Source of the DNA: Chiloscyllium plagiosum
Lineage: Eukaryota
DNA: 64,000 nt
Assembly (NCBI RefSeq): GCF_004010195.1
Contig: NC_057718.1
Coordinates: forward strand, 26,539,688-26,603,687
Reading direction: 5' to 3'
Under the pieces are notes generated by a model. It was not told the DNA's origin and did no database searches. It worked only from the letters and a program-made list of their open reading frames with translations. Every line of letters starts with the position of its first letter. Within the stretch, counting starts at the first letter, position 1. The position numbers were made by a program, and so were the translations under genes. Positions 1 to 12,480 of the stretch are shown piece by piece.

Positions 1-516
1 TGCCTCCCTGGGGTAACATGCTGGAAATCAAGCCCCATTATCCCTGGAGCCAACACAAAATTTAAATGTTTTATCAAAGTCCCCTATTTTACTTATATGA
101 TAGACTCAGGTTAACAAAAAAAAAGTATAACAAGAATTAATATTTATTAGAAATAAGTAAATTCTAATCACAAGTGAACAGCTATGAATGATCAGGTGGT
201 TAAAACTCTAACCCTCTTCTAAAATCCTATACACATATACAGGGAAATGCAAAACCATTGGCTTTAAAGGCGGAGGGAATAAAACTGGAGAACCACAGTT
301 CAGTAGCACCAATCCACAGGGTTAGTTGAAATGATCCTTTTGCTTGCCAGGCTTTCTGTTCTTTAACCTCTTTTGTTGTTTGTTTTTCACTTCTTTGTAG
401 AAGGTACTGGTGATTAGTGCACTAATTGCAAAATCTCTTCGTTACTGGTTATAGGCCACATCTTACAGCAACTAGGGGATAGGTTTTCTTCAGACTTAAG
501 ATATTTGTACTGGAGA

Positions 517-546
517 GAGAGGGAGGGAGAGAGAGAGAGAGAGAGA
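517..546. repeat. (GA)n microsatellite, imperfect
   Basis: direct reading. Confidence 0.85.
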
Positions 547-829
547 CCATCTCCCCTTCCAGAGGTCTGAAGCTTTCATTGTATCACTCACAACCTCAAG
601 CTGCTCAGCTTTCCAAGAGCCAATGAGTTTTGGTCAGGCTGGTGACCTTTGCCACCCACAACTGTTCACAATTCCACAAACCAATCAGCTCCTTGTTCCT
701 GGCCAAATCTCACTTTGTATACACACTCTGGGCTAAGCTGTCTCTGGTCATATTGCCCATGATTGTGTGCAAAGCAATGACATTAATACGACTTTACAAT
801 GAATTTTGGTAACCTGTTTTTTAAATGTT

Positions 830-1050
830 CAGTCGGTTCTAATATAATGCGATAGTTCCGTTCTCATACAATCTCAATTTATAAGAAAATCAAGTAATAG
901 CCGCATCATTTAAACTCATGGGGCCAGAATCGCTTTATAGCCAATACAGGTAAGGGAAAGTTCACATTCTACAAAAAACTGTCTAAATTCTTCAATTGCA
1001 TTAAAGCCAATTTGCATTGAAGAAACATATATTCTAGCAGAACTGCCTTC
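830..1050. mobile_element. Tigger/pogo-type MITE, degenerate
   Basis: imperfect inverted ends cagtcggttctaatataatg ... attctagcagaactgcct; ~220 bp; no ORF. Confidence 0.5.
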
Positions 1051-1624
1051 ACAAAATTCCTTGCTCAGTCCTTTGATATAAAACTATTTTTCCCAATTCA
1101 ATCCACCATCAAAAATTAATTTAAATGAAAATATGCTGTTTTTACAATACATATTCTCTGCCTCCCAGCTTATTTCATTGCTACTATGCTGATAATCCAG
1201 TTTATTGGAGGTGTAACTTTTTGATTGCATTTTCTGGATCTTCTACCTTGTTTTTCAGGTTGGACTTTAGGACAATTGAAACTCTTTTCAGCAGGTGCTA
1301 AGTTGGTTTCACACTGTCATTTATTTGGAGGTGATATTCACTTAGAAGTCTCCAACGCCTGTAAAAATGTTTAGTAATCAATGGCCAGGGAACTGATACA
1401 AATCTTTGATAGAACTTGGTGGGTTTTAGCCCAGGCTTTGGAATTGCTTCAGCTGAGATGAGTGCTTTTTCTCTAGAGCTCTAAATCTTCATTCTTCCCA
1501 TTGCTTTGGGCTCTTAACCTCATTTAACCTCCTGGGATGAACATAGTTTCATCATTTACCTTCAGTCTTATCTTCAAGGGCTTAAATTTTGAGTTACCAC
1601 TTTGAACAACTTCAAACTCATGAT

Positions 1625-1790
1625 AAAAACCAAAGGAACTGCAGATACTGTAAATCAGAAACAAAAACAAAATTTGCTGGAAAAGTTCAAGTCTGGCAGC
1701 ATCTGTGAAGAGAAATCAGAGGTAACTTGCTCATTTGACCCTAAATGTTAACTCTGATTTCTCTCCACAGATGCTGCCAGACTTTCTGAC
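1625..1790. mobile_element. Penelope-like terminal-repeat fragment with internal inversion
   Basis: gtctggcagcatctgtgaagagaaatcagag and its inverted copy ctctgatttctctccacagatgctgccagac; same family as 54065-54197. Confidence 0.6.
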
Positions 1791-2253
1791 TCACGATGTT
1801 GCACTGAGGTCAGTGTGACACTTCATATTCACTCAATGTTCTCCTTCTTTTGTCATCATTCTAACAAGCACAAATTATTTATCACTTTTAGACCTGATGC
1901 TGTTGTGTGTCCCATGGCATTATCAGGTGACATCTCTCCAGGCAGCCATCTTTGTAGATCTGCATCACTTCTTTCTAGCTAAATACTTGTCTGAAAAGTC
2001 ATTCAGTCACTTGCAGTTGGAACATTGTTTTTACATGCTGGACATGCTTTCTTTTGCGTGATTTTCTTCTCAAAACATACATGGTATCCTGTGGCCGTGA
2101 TCTTTCTGATGGCCCATCTGCAAATATTTCTTCTTTTCCTCCAATATTTTGTTCTCTCTTGGTCTGGAATGTCTCTCGATATATGTGACATATTCTCACA
2201 GTGGGCTCTCTTAAGCCTAACACAATCTTATTTCTGATTACATCAGGTTTAAG

Positions 2254-3277
2254 ACCATAAGACCATAAGACATAGGAGTGGAAGTAAGGCCATTCGGCCC
2301 ATCGGGTCCACTCCGCCATTCAATCATGGCTGATGCGCATTTCAGCTCCACTTACCAGCGTTCTCCCCATAGCCCTTAATTCCTCTAGACAACAAGAATC
2401 TATCAATCTCGGCCTTGAAGACATTTAGCGTCCCGGCTTCCACTGCACTCCGTGGCAATGAATTCCACAGGCCCACCACTCTCTGGCTGAAGAAATGTCT
2501 CCGCATGTCTGTTCTGAAATGACCCCCTCTAATTCTAAGGCTGTGTCCACAGGTCCTAGTCTCCTCGTCTAACGGAAACAATTTCCGAGCATCCACCTTT
2601 TCCAAGCCATGTATTATTTTGTACGTCTCTATTAAGTCTCCCCTTAATCTTCTAAACTCCAACGAATACAATCCCAGTATCCTCAGCCGTTCCTCATATG
2701 TTAGACCTGTCATTCCAGGGATCATCCGTGTGAATCTCCGCTGGACACGTTCCAGTGCCAGTATGTCCTTCCTGAGGTACTGGACACAGTACTCCAAATG
2801 GGGCCTAACCAGAGCTTTATAAAGTCTTAGTAGTACATCTCTGCTATTATATTCCAACCCTCTTGAGATAAGAGACAACATTGCATTCGCTTTCTCTATC
2901 TTCCTACGTGTGAGCTGGTTCTGTATCCAAATGGCTAGTTCTCCCCCTGTTCACCTAACTTCGTATCATCGGCAAACTTCGCGAGAATGCCCCCGGTTCC
3001 CTCCTCCAAATCGTTAATATATAATGCGAACAGCTGTGGCCCCAGCACCGACCCCTGCGGGACACCGCTCGTCACCGGCTGCCATTCTGAAAAAGAACCT
3101 TTTATCCCAACTCTCTGCCTTCTGTTAGACAGCCAATCCTCAATCCATCCCAGCAGCTCACCTCGAACACCATGGGCCCTTACCTTGCTCAGCAGCCTCC
3201 CGTGTGGCACCTTATCAAAGGCCTTTTGAAAGTCTAGGTAGACCACATCCACTGGGTTTCCCTGGTCTAACCTACTT
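2254..3277 (-). mobile_element. CR1-clade LINE, 5'-truncated, with an internal deletion
   Basis: ORFs with [30 protein letters not shown] and LERVQRRFTRMIPG; short tandem tail; gtttaag duplicated at 2247 and 3278. Confidence 0.93.
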
Positions 3278-3899
3278 GTTTAAGTTGTCTAAACTCATGG
3301 AATTTACCTCGAGGTGAGTGCTATCACATTCTGTTTAGTAGTCTCTCTTTCTCCTTCTACTTTGATGTTGAACACATAGTGTTCAAAGTAACATTAGTGG
3401 AGGATTTAAAATGTATCTTTAATGCCTTCAGAATCTCTTCTGGGTTCAGTGCTCTGCAGCTGAGGCATATGCTACAATACAGCCGTGGCACTCTTTCCCT
3501 GGCACTAATACCAGGGTTGCTACTCATATTTGCTCAGTTCTTTCAATGAATTCTGTAGCTATTTTACAGTGTTTCTACTGAGTCTGTAGCAAATTCTAAT
3601 TCTCTGTCTCATGTCTCATTTATTTACATGGCAGTAGGGAGTGGAAAACACACAGCCATTCTGACTCATCCTGTAATCCAAGGTTGCAGACTTTGATTTT
3701 AACTCATCTTCGCAGTTTTTGTTTTACAGCAGCTTGCTGTCTTGCAACTTTGAACATTCACTTGACCTCAGCTTCACACTTCTGGCATCATGTTTCAAGT
3801 AATGTGTTCAATGGTTATTACTTTAACTTAAAAGCAGTATACTGCAGATATAGAGACCACATGACACTGGCAGGCCACTTAGTACACCATGTACAAATT

Positions 3900-4510
3900 C
3901 ATTTCTCCAAACAATGTCTTAACAATGTAAAATGTCAAGGAGAGCTTCACTGGTGTGTTAATAAGTGCATTTTAAAACTAAGCTACATTTGGCTTCAGCA
4001 TATCAAAAGAGGAAAGAGAGGTAGCGAGGCAGAGAAATGTAAGGAGGGAATTTCAGAGCTTAGGACTGGGGCAACTGAAGTCAGATGTGCTGATGGTGAA
4101 AACATTTCAACAGTTTTGGAATTTGATGATTCACCCATCACCCCTCAGTGTTGGCTAGGTGTGAGATACTACTTGGGCAGCCGAGTTTTGGATGGCTTCA
4201 TGTTTACAGAAAGTAGAATGGTTAAGATCAGAAGTGCATCAAAGTATTAAAATTCAAAGATAACAAACATATTAACAAGGACTTCAGCAGCTGATAAGCA
4301 GATGACTTGAAACTTGAACAGTGTTGGGCAATTTTACAGAGGTCGTAAAGAATTGGATATTTTTATTGAAAGTGCAGATATATAGTGGGAGGCTAACCTT
4401 GAGAACAAATATGATACCAAGGTTATAAACAGTCTGATTCAGCATCAGGAATATGCCAAGTATCAGGGTGGAGTCAGTAGTTAGAGAACAAAACTTGTGA
4501 AGAAACTTTA
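3900..4510 (-). mobile_element. Old L2-like LINE fragment
   Basis: degenerate similarity to L2 RT 3' region; mirrors 13850-14890 in the opposite orientation. Confidence 0.45.
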
Positions 4511-4539
4511 TTATGCACCAGACCAAATCCCTTTCAAAT

Positions 4540-5131
4540 ATATCAAGGAGGTAGCCTAGACCCTAACTTTTCCATGTTTCAGGACAAGTTTAAGGTGCTG
4601 TGTTCCAGATGTTATTTGATAGTTACACTAATCAGGTTTTAAGCAAAACACACATTATTCTTACCGAAAAGTTAAAATACAAACAAGAGAAAGAAGAATT
4701 GTAATTAGTTAACATTGGAAAACTAATAAAAAATAACAGATGATTTAACTTCTAAACAGCAAACTGTTCCAATGTAATAACATCCCATAAACACACTCTT
4801 GGCAAAGGCAAATTCAGTAAAACAGATTGTTTCACATGTGATTCTGGCAGCAGAGAACTCCAGCTTTTAGCTATAACAGAGAGAGGAAAAACAGTTTCCA
4901 CATCCATTTTCAAGACCCTAGCAACTACTGAAAGCTAAACTAAAACCCTGGTTCTGTGTGAGCCTGACTCCACCCATTCATGCTGCTTCTATTGTTCCAA
5001 TTTAAAGAAAAACCCACGGCCTCCCAGGCTGTTTCCTTTATTGGCTTGGAGGAGACAGCTCTGTCCCTATGGCTGAAAGCCTCTTCAAAAAAAAGGACAA
5101 AACATACTTCTCAAAGCCATAGTGTCATCAC
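4540..5131. mobile_element. Possible solo LTR-like element inserted in the L2 fragment
   Basis: ~600 bp block ending ...catcaca that interrupts L2-like sequence; no ORF. Confidence 0.3.
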
Positions 5132-5239
5132 ATACAGAATTTAGTAGGAAGAAATTTCAACTCATCTAATACTCAATATTGGACAAAACGGCCTTACAAT
5201 TTAAAGATGATTGAGTGGAAAAGTGTGAGGTAATGCACT

Positions 5240-5970
5240 AAAGGAGAACTAATAAGGCAAAGGATTATACTATGAATGGTAGAACCTGGGAAGCACTGAA
5301 GATCAGAGGGATCTTAGTGTGCATGTCCACATATCCCTTATAGTAGTCAGGCAGGTAGGTAAGAGGTTTAAGAAGGCATCTGGAATATTTGCTTTGATTT
5401 GCCTTAGAATACAAGAACCACGAGAGTATGCTGGAACTATAAGAAATGCTTATAAGCCACAACTGGAGTATAGCACGCAGTTATGAATCAACATGTTCTA
5501 GGAATATGTGTTTGAACTAGAGAGGGTGCAGAGGAGATTTATCAGGGTGCACTCTGGACTGGAGAATCTCAGCTCTGAGGGATGATTGGATGGACTGGGG
5601 CTATGTTCTTTGGAGCAGCAAAGCTGAGAGGTGTCCTGATATAAACTGTGTAAGATTATGAAGGGCATAAATAGAGCATATAGGAAAGTACTGTTTCTAT
5701 TGGTACAGTCATCAGTAACCAGGAGGCATTGTTTCAAGGCAAGAGGGTTAAAGGAGAGTTAAAAAGAACTTGATTTCAAACAGAGAGTGGTAGACCAGTG
5801 ATCTCTGCCTGAAAGGGTGATTGAGTGAGAGATGCTCATAACATTTAAGTAGATTTTAGATATTCACTTGCATTGTCCTTGCTTCCAGCGGTATGGGCCA
5901 AGTGCTGGAAAATTGGATTAGTGCAGTCAGACGTTGACTGGCATGGACACAATGGGTCTGTGAACACAAT
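5240..5970 (+). mobile_element. Old CR1 LINE 3' fragment
   Basis: degenerate gagagggtgcagaggagattt (ERVQRRF) and CR1 3' end. Confidence 0.75.
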
Positions 5971-7264
5971 GCTGTGTGCCCGAGATTCAGTCAAGAGAAA
6001 TCGTGCCAAGTCAAACTGCAGAAAAATCTCTCCTAAACTTAAGAATGGATGGGAGAAATAAAGAGCACTGATAGGCTTATGTAGGCTATGTGGTTTACTC
6101 TTGGCTTTATTTGTGATATTTCACATTTCATCTCCTTCTATCAATGTGGAAACATCAGAAATTTAAAGTACATTCAAGTGAGTTGTAGAAATCACATTTC
6201 AGTATCAAAAATACTCAACGTTAGCAATATCAGTATGTTTTAGGTAGAGGATTCAAACATGGAGCAAACAAGATGAAAGGGTTTAAGTGAGATTCCAAGA
6301 GAAACATATATTAGGCAAAGACTGATATGTTGCCATTCATAGAGCTGACAGTGCTTTAGCAGCACGAAAAATAAGAGAGCAGAGTGACAGTTCAAAACAC
6401 AAAACTCGAGGACATATCAGGTGCTCAAATGAAGCAGCACAAATATCTGCCCATCTCTTTTCCAACATCCTTGAAAGTATGACATTGAAATTCTGATGAA
6501 AATCTGATTACTGAGTGGAGAGATAATCCAATGTTCACATGGTAATCTGTAATCAAGATCAATGTAGGACTGAAAAAATAGGATGGCAGTCAGGCATCAG
6601 AACAAGCATCATCAAGCAGATCACTGTTCAGTAATGTAGAAGAGAAAAGAAGTTAAAAAAGGTCAGAAACAATTTAATAACATCAATCGCCAAGTGAAGG
6701 TAGAAAGGGCATTGAAAACAGTCCGCCTTAATTATCATGCTTTGAACATGATTTTCACCTGCAAGCAAGTTTTCCAATGCCTGTCCATGTGTTAAACAAG
6801 TTTCCCTGTACCATTCCAACCGAGCAAGACTCCAACCCTCATCATCTCCGCCAACAGTTGGAGAAGCCCCCACCCCACTCTCGCACCCATACCACTCCCA
6901 ACAAAACAAAACAGAAAAGTATGAACCACAAACATGATGGAAGATTAATTGACAAAAAGTAAGGGAAGTAGCAAGCAAATAACTTCGAGAGAAGTCCTAA
7001 GATCAGCTGTGGTAAGATTGCTGCCTCTGTGGAATTGACAGCAAAGCAATAGCCTCCCTGGCAGGAATCAATGCCAATTTCCACCCATTCCCCACCCGCA
7101 GCAATACCCCATGTGAACGACTTACCACTATCACCCAGTGAGTTGTTAAGTCATGGACTCCACAGATCAAATCAAAACTGCTCCCACACATTCAGCAGAA
7201 AAGCATTGAGCATTTATCCCTTCCCCAGACCTACCTGTACCTCCATTATGAGGCTAGCCACTCA

Positions 7265-7510
7265 ATACACAATAGGTGCAGAAGTAGGCCATTCTGCCCT
7301 TTGAGCCAGCACCACCATTCATTATGATCATGGCTGATCATCCTCAATCAGTATCCTGTCCCTGCCTTATCCCCATAACCCTTGATTCCACTATCCTTAA
7401 GAGCTCTATCCAACTCTTTCTTGAAAGTATCCAGAGACTTGGCCTCCACAGCCTTCTGGGGCAGAGCATTCCATACACCCACCACTCTCTGGGTGAAGAA
7501 GTTTCTCCTC
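7265..7510 (-). mobile_element. CR1 3' end; continues at ~9214-9272 after the PLE insertion
   Basis: FFTQRVVGVWNALP...GIKGYG peptide. Confidence 0.85.
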
Positions 7511-9213
7511 AAGGTAAAAACAATGACTGCAGATGCTGGAAACCAGAAACCAGGTGCTGGAAGAGCACAGCAGTTCAGGCAGCATCTGAGGAGCAGTAAA
7601 ATCAACGTTTTGAGCAAAAGCCCTTCATCAGGAATAAAGGCAGAGAGCCTGAAGAGTGGAGAGATAAGCTAGAGGAGGGTGGGGGTGGGGAGAAAGTAGC
7701 ATAGAGTACAATAGGTGAGTGGGGGAGGGGATGAAGGTGATAGGTCAAGGAGGAGGGTGGAGTGGATAGGTGGAAAAGAAGATAGGCAGGTAGGACGNNN
7801 NNNNNNNNNNNNNNNNNNNNNNNNNNNNNNNNNNNNNNNNNNNNNNNNNNNNNNNNNNNNNNNNNNNNNNNNNNNNNNNNNNNNNNNNNNNNNNNNNNNN
7901 NNNNNNNNNNNNNNNNNNNNNNNNNNNNNNNNNNNNNNNNNNNNNNNNNNNNNNNNNNNNNNNNNNNNNNNNNNNNNNNNNNNNNNNNNNNNNNNNNNNN
8001 NNNNNNNNNNNNNNNNNNNNNNNNNNNNNNNNNNNNNNNNNNNNNNNNNNNNNNNNNNNNNNNNNNNNNNNNNNNNNNNNNNNNNNNNNNNNNNNNNNNN
8101 NNNNNNNNNNNNNNNNNNNNNNNNNNNNNNNNNNNNNNNNNNNNNNNNNNNNNNNNNNNNNNNNNNNNNNNNNNNNNNNNNNNNNNNNNNNNNNNNNNNN
8201 NNNNNNNNNNNNNNNNNNNNNNNNNNNNNNNNNNNNNNNNNNNNNNNNNNNNNNNNNNNNNNNNNNNNNNNNNNNNNNNNNNNNNNNNNNNNNNNNNNNN
8301 NNNNNNNNNNNNNNNNNNNNNNNNNNNNNNNNNNNNNNNNNNNNNNNNNNNNNNNNNNNNNNNNNNNNNNNNNNNNNNNNNNNNNNNNNNNNNNNNNNNN
8401 NNNNNNNNNNNNNNNNNNNNNNNNNNNNNNNNNNNNNNNNNNNNNNNNNNNNNNNNNNNNNNNNNNNNNNNNNNNNNNNNNNNNNNNNNNNNNNNNNNNN
8501 NNNNNNNNNNNNNNNNNNNNNNNNNNNNNNNNNNNNNNNNNNNNNNNNNNNNNNNNNNNNNNNNNNNNNNNNNNNNNNNNNNNNNNNNNNNNNNNNNNNN
8601 NNNNNNNNNNNNNNNNNNNNNNNNNNNNNNNNNNNNNNNNNNNNNNNNNNNNNNNNNNNNNNNNNNNNNNNNNNNNNNNNNNNNNNNNNNNNNNNNNNNN
8701 NNNNNNNNNNNNNNNNNNNNNNNNNNNNNNNNNNNNNNNNNNNNNNNNNNNNNNNNNNNNNNNNNNNNNNNNNNNNNNNNNNTGGAAGGGTACTGTTGGG
8801 GACATCTGGAGAGGAAAACACGGGGTGCTTGGAGGTCCTGGTCATGGCGGATGGAGGTGTAGAGGGATTGGGTATCCATGGTGAAGATGAGGTGTTGGGG
8901 GCCGGGGAAACGGAAGTCTTGGAGGAGGTGGAGGGCGTGGGTGGTGTCTCGAATGTATGTGGGGAGTTCCTGGACTAGGGGGGATGGACAGTGTCGAGGT
9001 AGGTAGAGATAAGTTCAGTGGGCCAGGAGCGTGCTGAGACAATGGGTCGGCCAGGGTGGTCAGGCTTGTGGATTTTGAGAAGGAGGTAGAACCAGGCAGT
9101 GCGGGGTTCCCGGACTATGAGGTTGGAAGCTGTGGGTGGGAGATCTCCTGAGGTGATGAGGTTCTGTATGGTCTGGGAGATGGTGGTTTGGTGATGGGGG
9201 GGCGGGGTCATGG
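7511..9213 (-). mobile_element. Penelope-like retroelement (RT fragments + terminal repeat), spanning an assembly gap
   Basis: [15 protein letters not shown] and MDTQSLYTSIRH are PLE-type RT motifs; terminal repeat with decayed hammerhead motif at ~7601-7632. Confidence 0.88.
7798..8781. other. Assembly gap (N run)
   Basis: Ns. Confidence 1.
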
Positions 9214-9794
9214 TCTGTTCTAAATGGCCTACCCCTTATTTTTCAACTGTGTCCTCTGGTTCGGGACTCACTCGATCCCCTACTGACTTAAATTCCAATA
9301 AACACTGCATTCTTACACATATATAGCTGTTAATCACTTTCTACTCCAATGGGTCTGCAGTTCCCTTTTACAGATTACCCTCCATAGCCTTCTTGACAAG
9401 GCAAGTCCTGCTGCCTTTGAATTCCCTTTGTTTAGTGCTTCTTTCTACGCTGGTGTTGGGAATCTGTGCCGCTACATCCTCTTCCACCCCAGGGACTTCT
9501 GCAGTGTCAACCTCCCCGCTCCACCCTGCCACCCCTCTCTTTACTGCAACAGGAATTTCTCAGGCAGCAATGCAGTGTATTGAGCAGGATTCCATTCTGC
9601 ATCTCTTTAGCCTCTCCAACCCATTTTTCAACTCTTCCCTGTCTTCATCCTTCCCATCATCACTTTGCTTTCTGACACTATCCTCTCCCTTTCCACAACT
9701 TTAGTTTGCTCTTTCCCCTTTTTCCTTCCTATACACATCTACTCCCTGCATCATTTCGACATTTCTATCTTTGTCATTTGACTCCTGATCCTGC

Positions 9795-10975
9795 AAGAAA
9801 TAAATGCCCATGGTGCTGTGGGCAGTGTATTGGCATGGATGGAGAATTGACTCTTCGGCTCAAAACAGCAACAGGAGGCAAGTGGTTCTTGTTCAGGTTG
9901 GCGCCCTGTAACCAGGGATGATCAGTGCTGAGGCCACAACTGTTTACAATATATTCATGACTTTGAGGAAGAAAGCCAATGTACTGCCACCAGGTTTGCA
10001 GATGACCCAAAAATAGGTGGAAAGACAATTTGCAAGAGGGTACAGAGAGATATTGATAGGTTAAGTAAGTGGGAAAAATGTTGGCAAAAGGAGTGTAGTA
10101 TGAGAACATGTGAAGTTGTTCATTTTGCAAAGGAGAACAAAATAACAGAGAATTGTTTAAATGGAGAAAACTGCAGCAAGCTACAATGTAAATGTACTTA
10201 AGACCATAAGAAATAGGAACAAGAGTAAGCCATTTGGCACGTCGAGCCTGCCCCACCACTAAATAGGATCATGCCTGACTCGATACTCCTTATGACTATT
10301 TTCATGCCCTCTCTCCAGACCTTTGATTCCCCGAGGGAGCTTGGGTGACTTGTGCCTGAAACACAAAAAGCTAACGCACAGGTGCAGCAGGTAATCATGA
10401 AATGTTGGCCCTTATTTCAAGGGGGTTGGAATGTAAGAGTAGGGAAGTCTTACTGCAATTGGACGAGGTGCTGGTGAGACAACATCTGGAGGACTGGGAG
10501 CAGTTTTGGTCCCTTTATTTGAGAAAAGATATCACTTCATCAGAGGCAGATCAAAGAAGATTCACTGGATGATCCCTGGTTTGCAGGGATTGTCTTATGA
10601 GCAACGGTTAAACAGGTTGGGACTCTACTCACCAGAGTTTAAAATAAGAATGTTTCCCCTGATGGGAGAGTCTCGGACCAGAGGGAAAGTCTCAGAATAA
10701 AGGGGCACTATTTTAAGACTGAGGAAAGGTGGAATTTCTTCTCTCGGAGGATTGTGAATCTTCAGAATTCCTTGCCACAAAGAGCCATGGGACAGGGTCC
10801 TCGAGTACATTGAAGGCTAAGGTAGATAGATTCTTGACCAATAGGGGAATCAGGGGTTGTGGGGAAAAGGTAAAAAAGTGGCTGTGAGGAATGTCAGATC
10901 AAATCCTATCAAACAGTGGAGGGCCTCAAGGGGCCGAACTGCCTATTCCTCTTCCTTTTCTTATCATTTATGGTC
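9795..10975 (+). mobile_element. Degenerate CR1 LINE with a nested inverted CR1 3' end at ~10198-10330
   Basis: tttgcagatgac (FADD), LSYEQRLNRLGLYS; nested accataagaaataggaac tail. Confidence 0.8.
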
Positions 10976-11752
10976 TACCTTTCATCTTGTCTTCCTGTTT
11001 GCGCTTTCAAGTGAGGCCAACCAATGACACTTAAAACTGTATGTGGGCCAATATTCTAATTACATTCCAACCTTGTCAGATGGCCAGCCGTGAGGGGAAA
11101 ACTTACAGAGGCCAGAAGGATATTGTAAGAGCACACGACATTGGAAATGGGGGTAAAAACAGAGAACTGTAATGAAAATGAGATTGTCACAGTTAAAAAA
11201 AACACTGGTCATCTGAGAAGCTAGCAGTCTTCTTCCTGAATTAAAAAAAATAAAGCTTTCAGTTTGTATTCAACTATTATATCTGGATCTGCAGGGGATA
11301 GTGAGATTCACCACTGTATTAAAAGTTTCTTAAGGATTTTGTAAAATAATTGGAATAGTCAATATTTATTTATAACTTTAGATAACCAATTGTGTCAGAA
11401 AAATTGGTTTCTATCAAATCTTGAAATCAATATATAGTTTAATAAATCTGTTCACTCCCTGCTGTTTATGAGTATCCAGCTTAAAAAATGCATTTTGTTT
11501 TGGTCTGTTTTGACCATTCCTATTTATTTTTGAGGAATTTCTAATACAGATGAAGTCTAGTAAGTACAAGGACATTTTTTGTGTGGCTGTTTCACAAAAT
11601 GATATTTTAAGATGCCAGTTTAAATTTCACAGAGCAGAATTTTATGCCCTCTCCTGTGGTGAGTTTAGTTGCAACAGGAGCTTTTAACCAGGGAAGGGTG
11701 AGTGGATTGGTACCACACCACTTTCTCACTTTCACCTGAATTAACTCATAGC

Positions 11753-12090
11753 AGGTAAAAACAAGGACTGCAGATGCTGGAAACCAGAGTCCATATTAGA
11801 GTGGAAAAGCACAGCAGGTCAGGCAGCATCCGAGAAGCAGGAAAATCGACATTTCAGGCGAAAGCCCTTCACCAGAGGCAGGGTGCCTGCAGAGTGGAGA
11901 GATAAATGAGAGGGGGATGGAGGTGGGGAGAAAGTAGCATAGAGTACAATAGGTGAAAGGGGTGGGGGTGGAGGTGATAGGTCACCCTGCCTCTATTCCT
12001 GATGAAGGGCTTTTGCCCGAAACTTCAATTTTCCTGCTCCCCGGATGCTGCCTGACCTGCTGTGCTTTTCCAGCACCACTCTGATCTAGA
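11753..12090. mobile_element. Penelope-like fragment with inverted terminal repeats
   Basis: 11805-11870 is inverted relative to 12000-12080; hammerhead-like motif in each arm. Confidence 0.8.
11999..12026 (+). ncRNA. Hammerhead-like motif on the ALK sense strand
   Basis: CUGAUGA-A-GGGC-UUUU-GCCC-GAAA-CUUC; stem III palindrome mutated. Confidence 0.5.
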
Positions 12091-12155
12091 TTCATGGCAG
12101 GTAGGCATGTGAACAATCTTTCCATTCTGCTGCCAATGGAGACATTCATGGAATA

Positions 12156-12480
12156 CATAGAATCCTTACTGTATGGAAACAGTCCATTTGGCCCAACAAC
12201 TCCACATCGACTCTCCAAAGAATATCCCTGACCATGTTACTCTACATTTCAACTAATGCACCTAACCTACACATCCCCTGGACATTGTGGGCAATTTAGC
12301 ATGGCCGATTCACCAAACCTGCACAACTTGTGAGAGGAAACTGGAGAACCCTAAGGAAACCCACGCAGACACAAGGAGAGTGTGCAAACACCACACAGAC
12401 AGTCACCCGAGGCTGAAATCGAACCCGGGTCCCTGGTGCTGTGAGGCAGCAGTGCTAACCACTGAGCCACCTTGCCGCCC
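12156..12480 (-). mobile_element. HE1-type tRNA-derived SINE
   Basis: minus strand reads ggtggctcagtggttagcactgctgcctcacagc...gggttcgatt (A/B boxes) with CR1-like tail. Confidence 0.85.

Noticed and set aside
3684..4250. 188-aa ORF on the + strand
   Set aside because: Non-ATG start, no recognisable domain, overlaps antisense of decayed L2-like sequence
7602..8884. Four long ORFs of 366-425 aa
   Set aside because: Artefacts of translating through Ns
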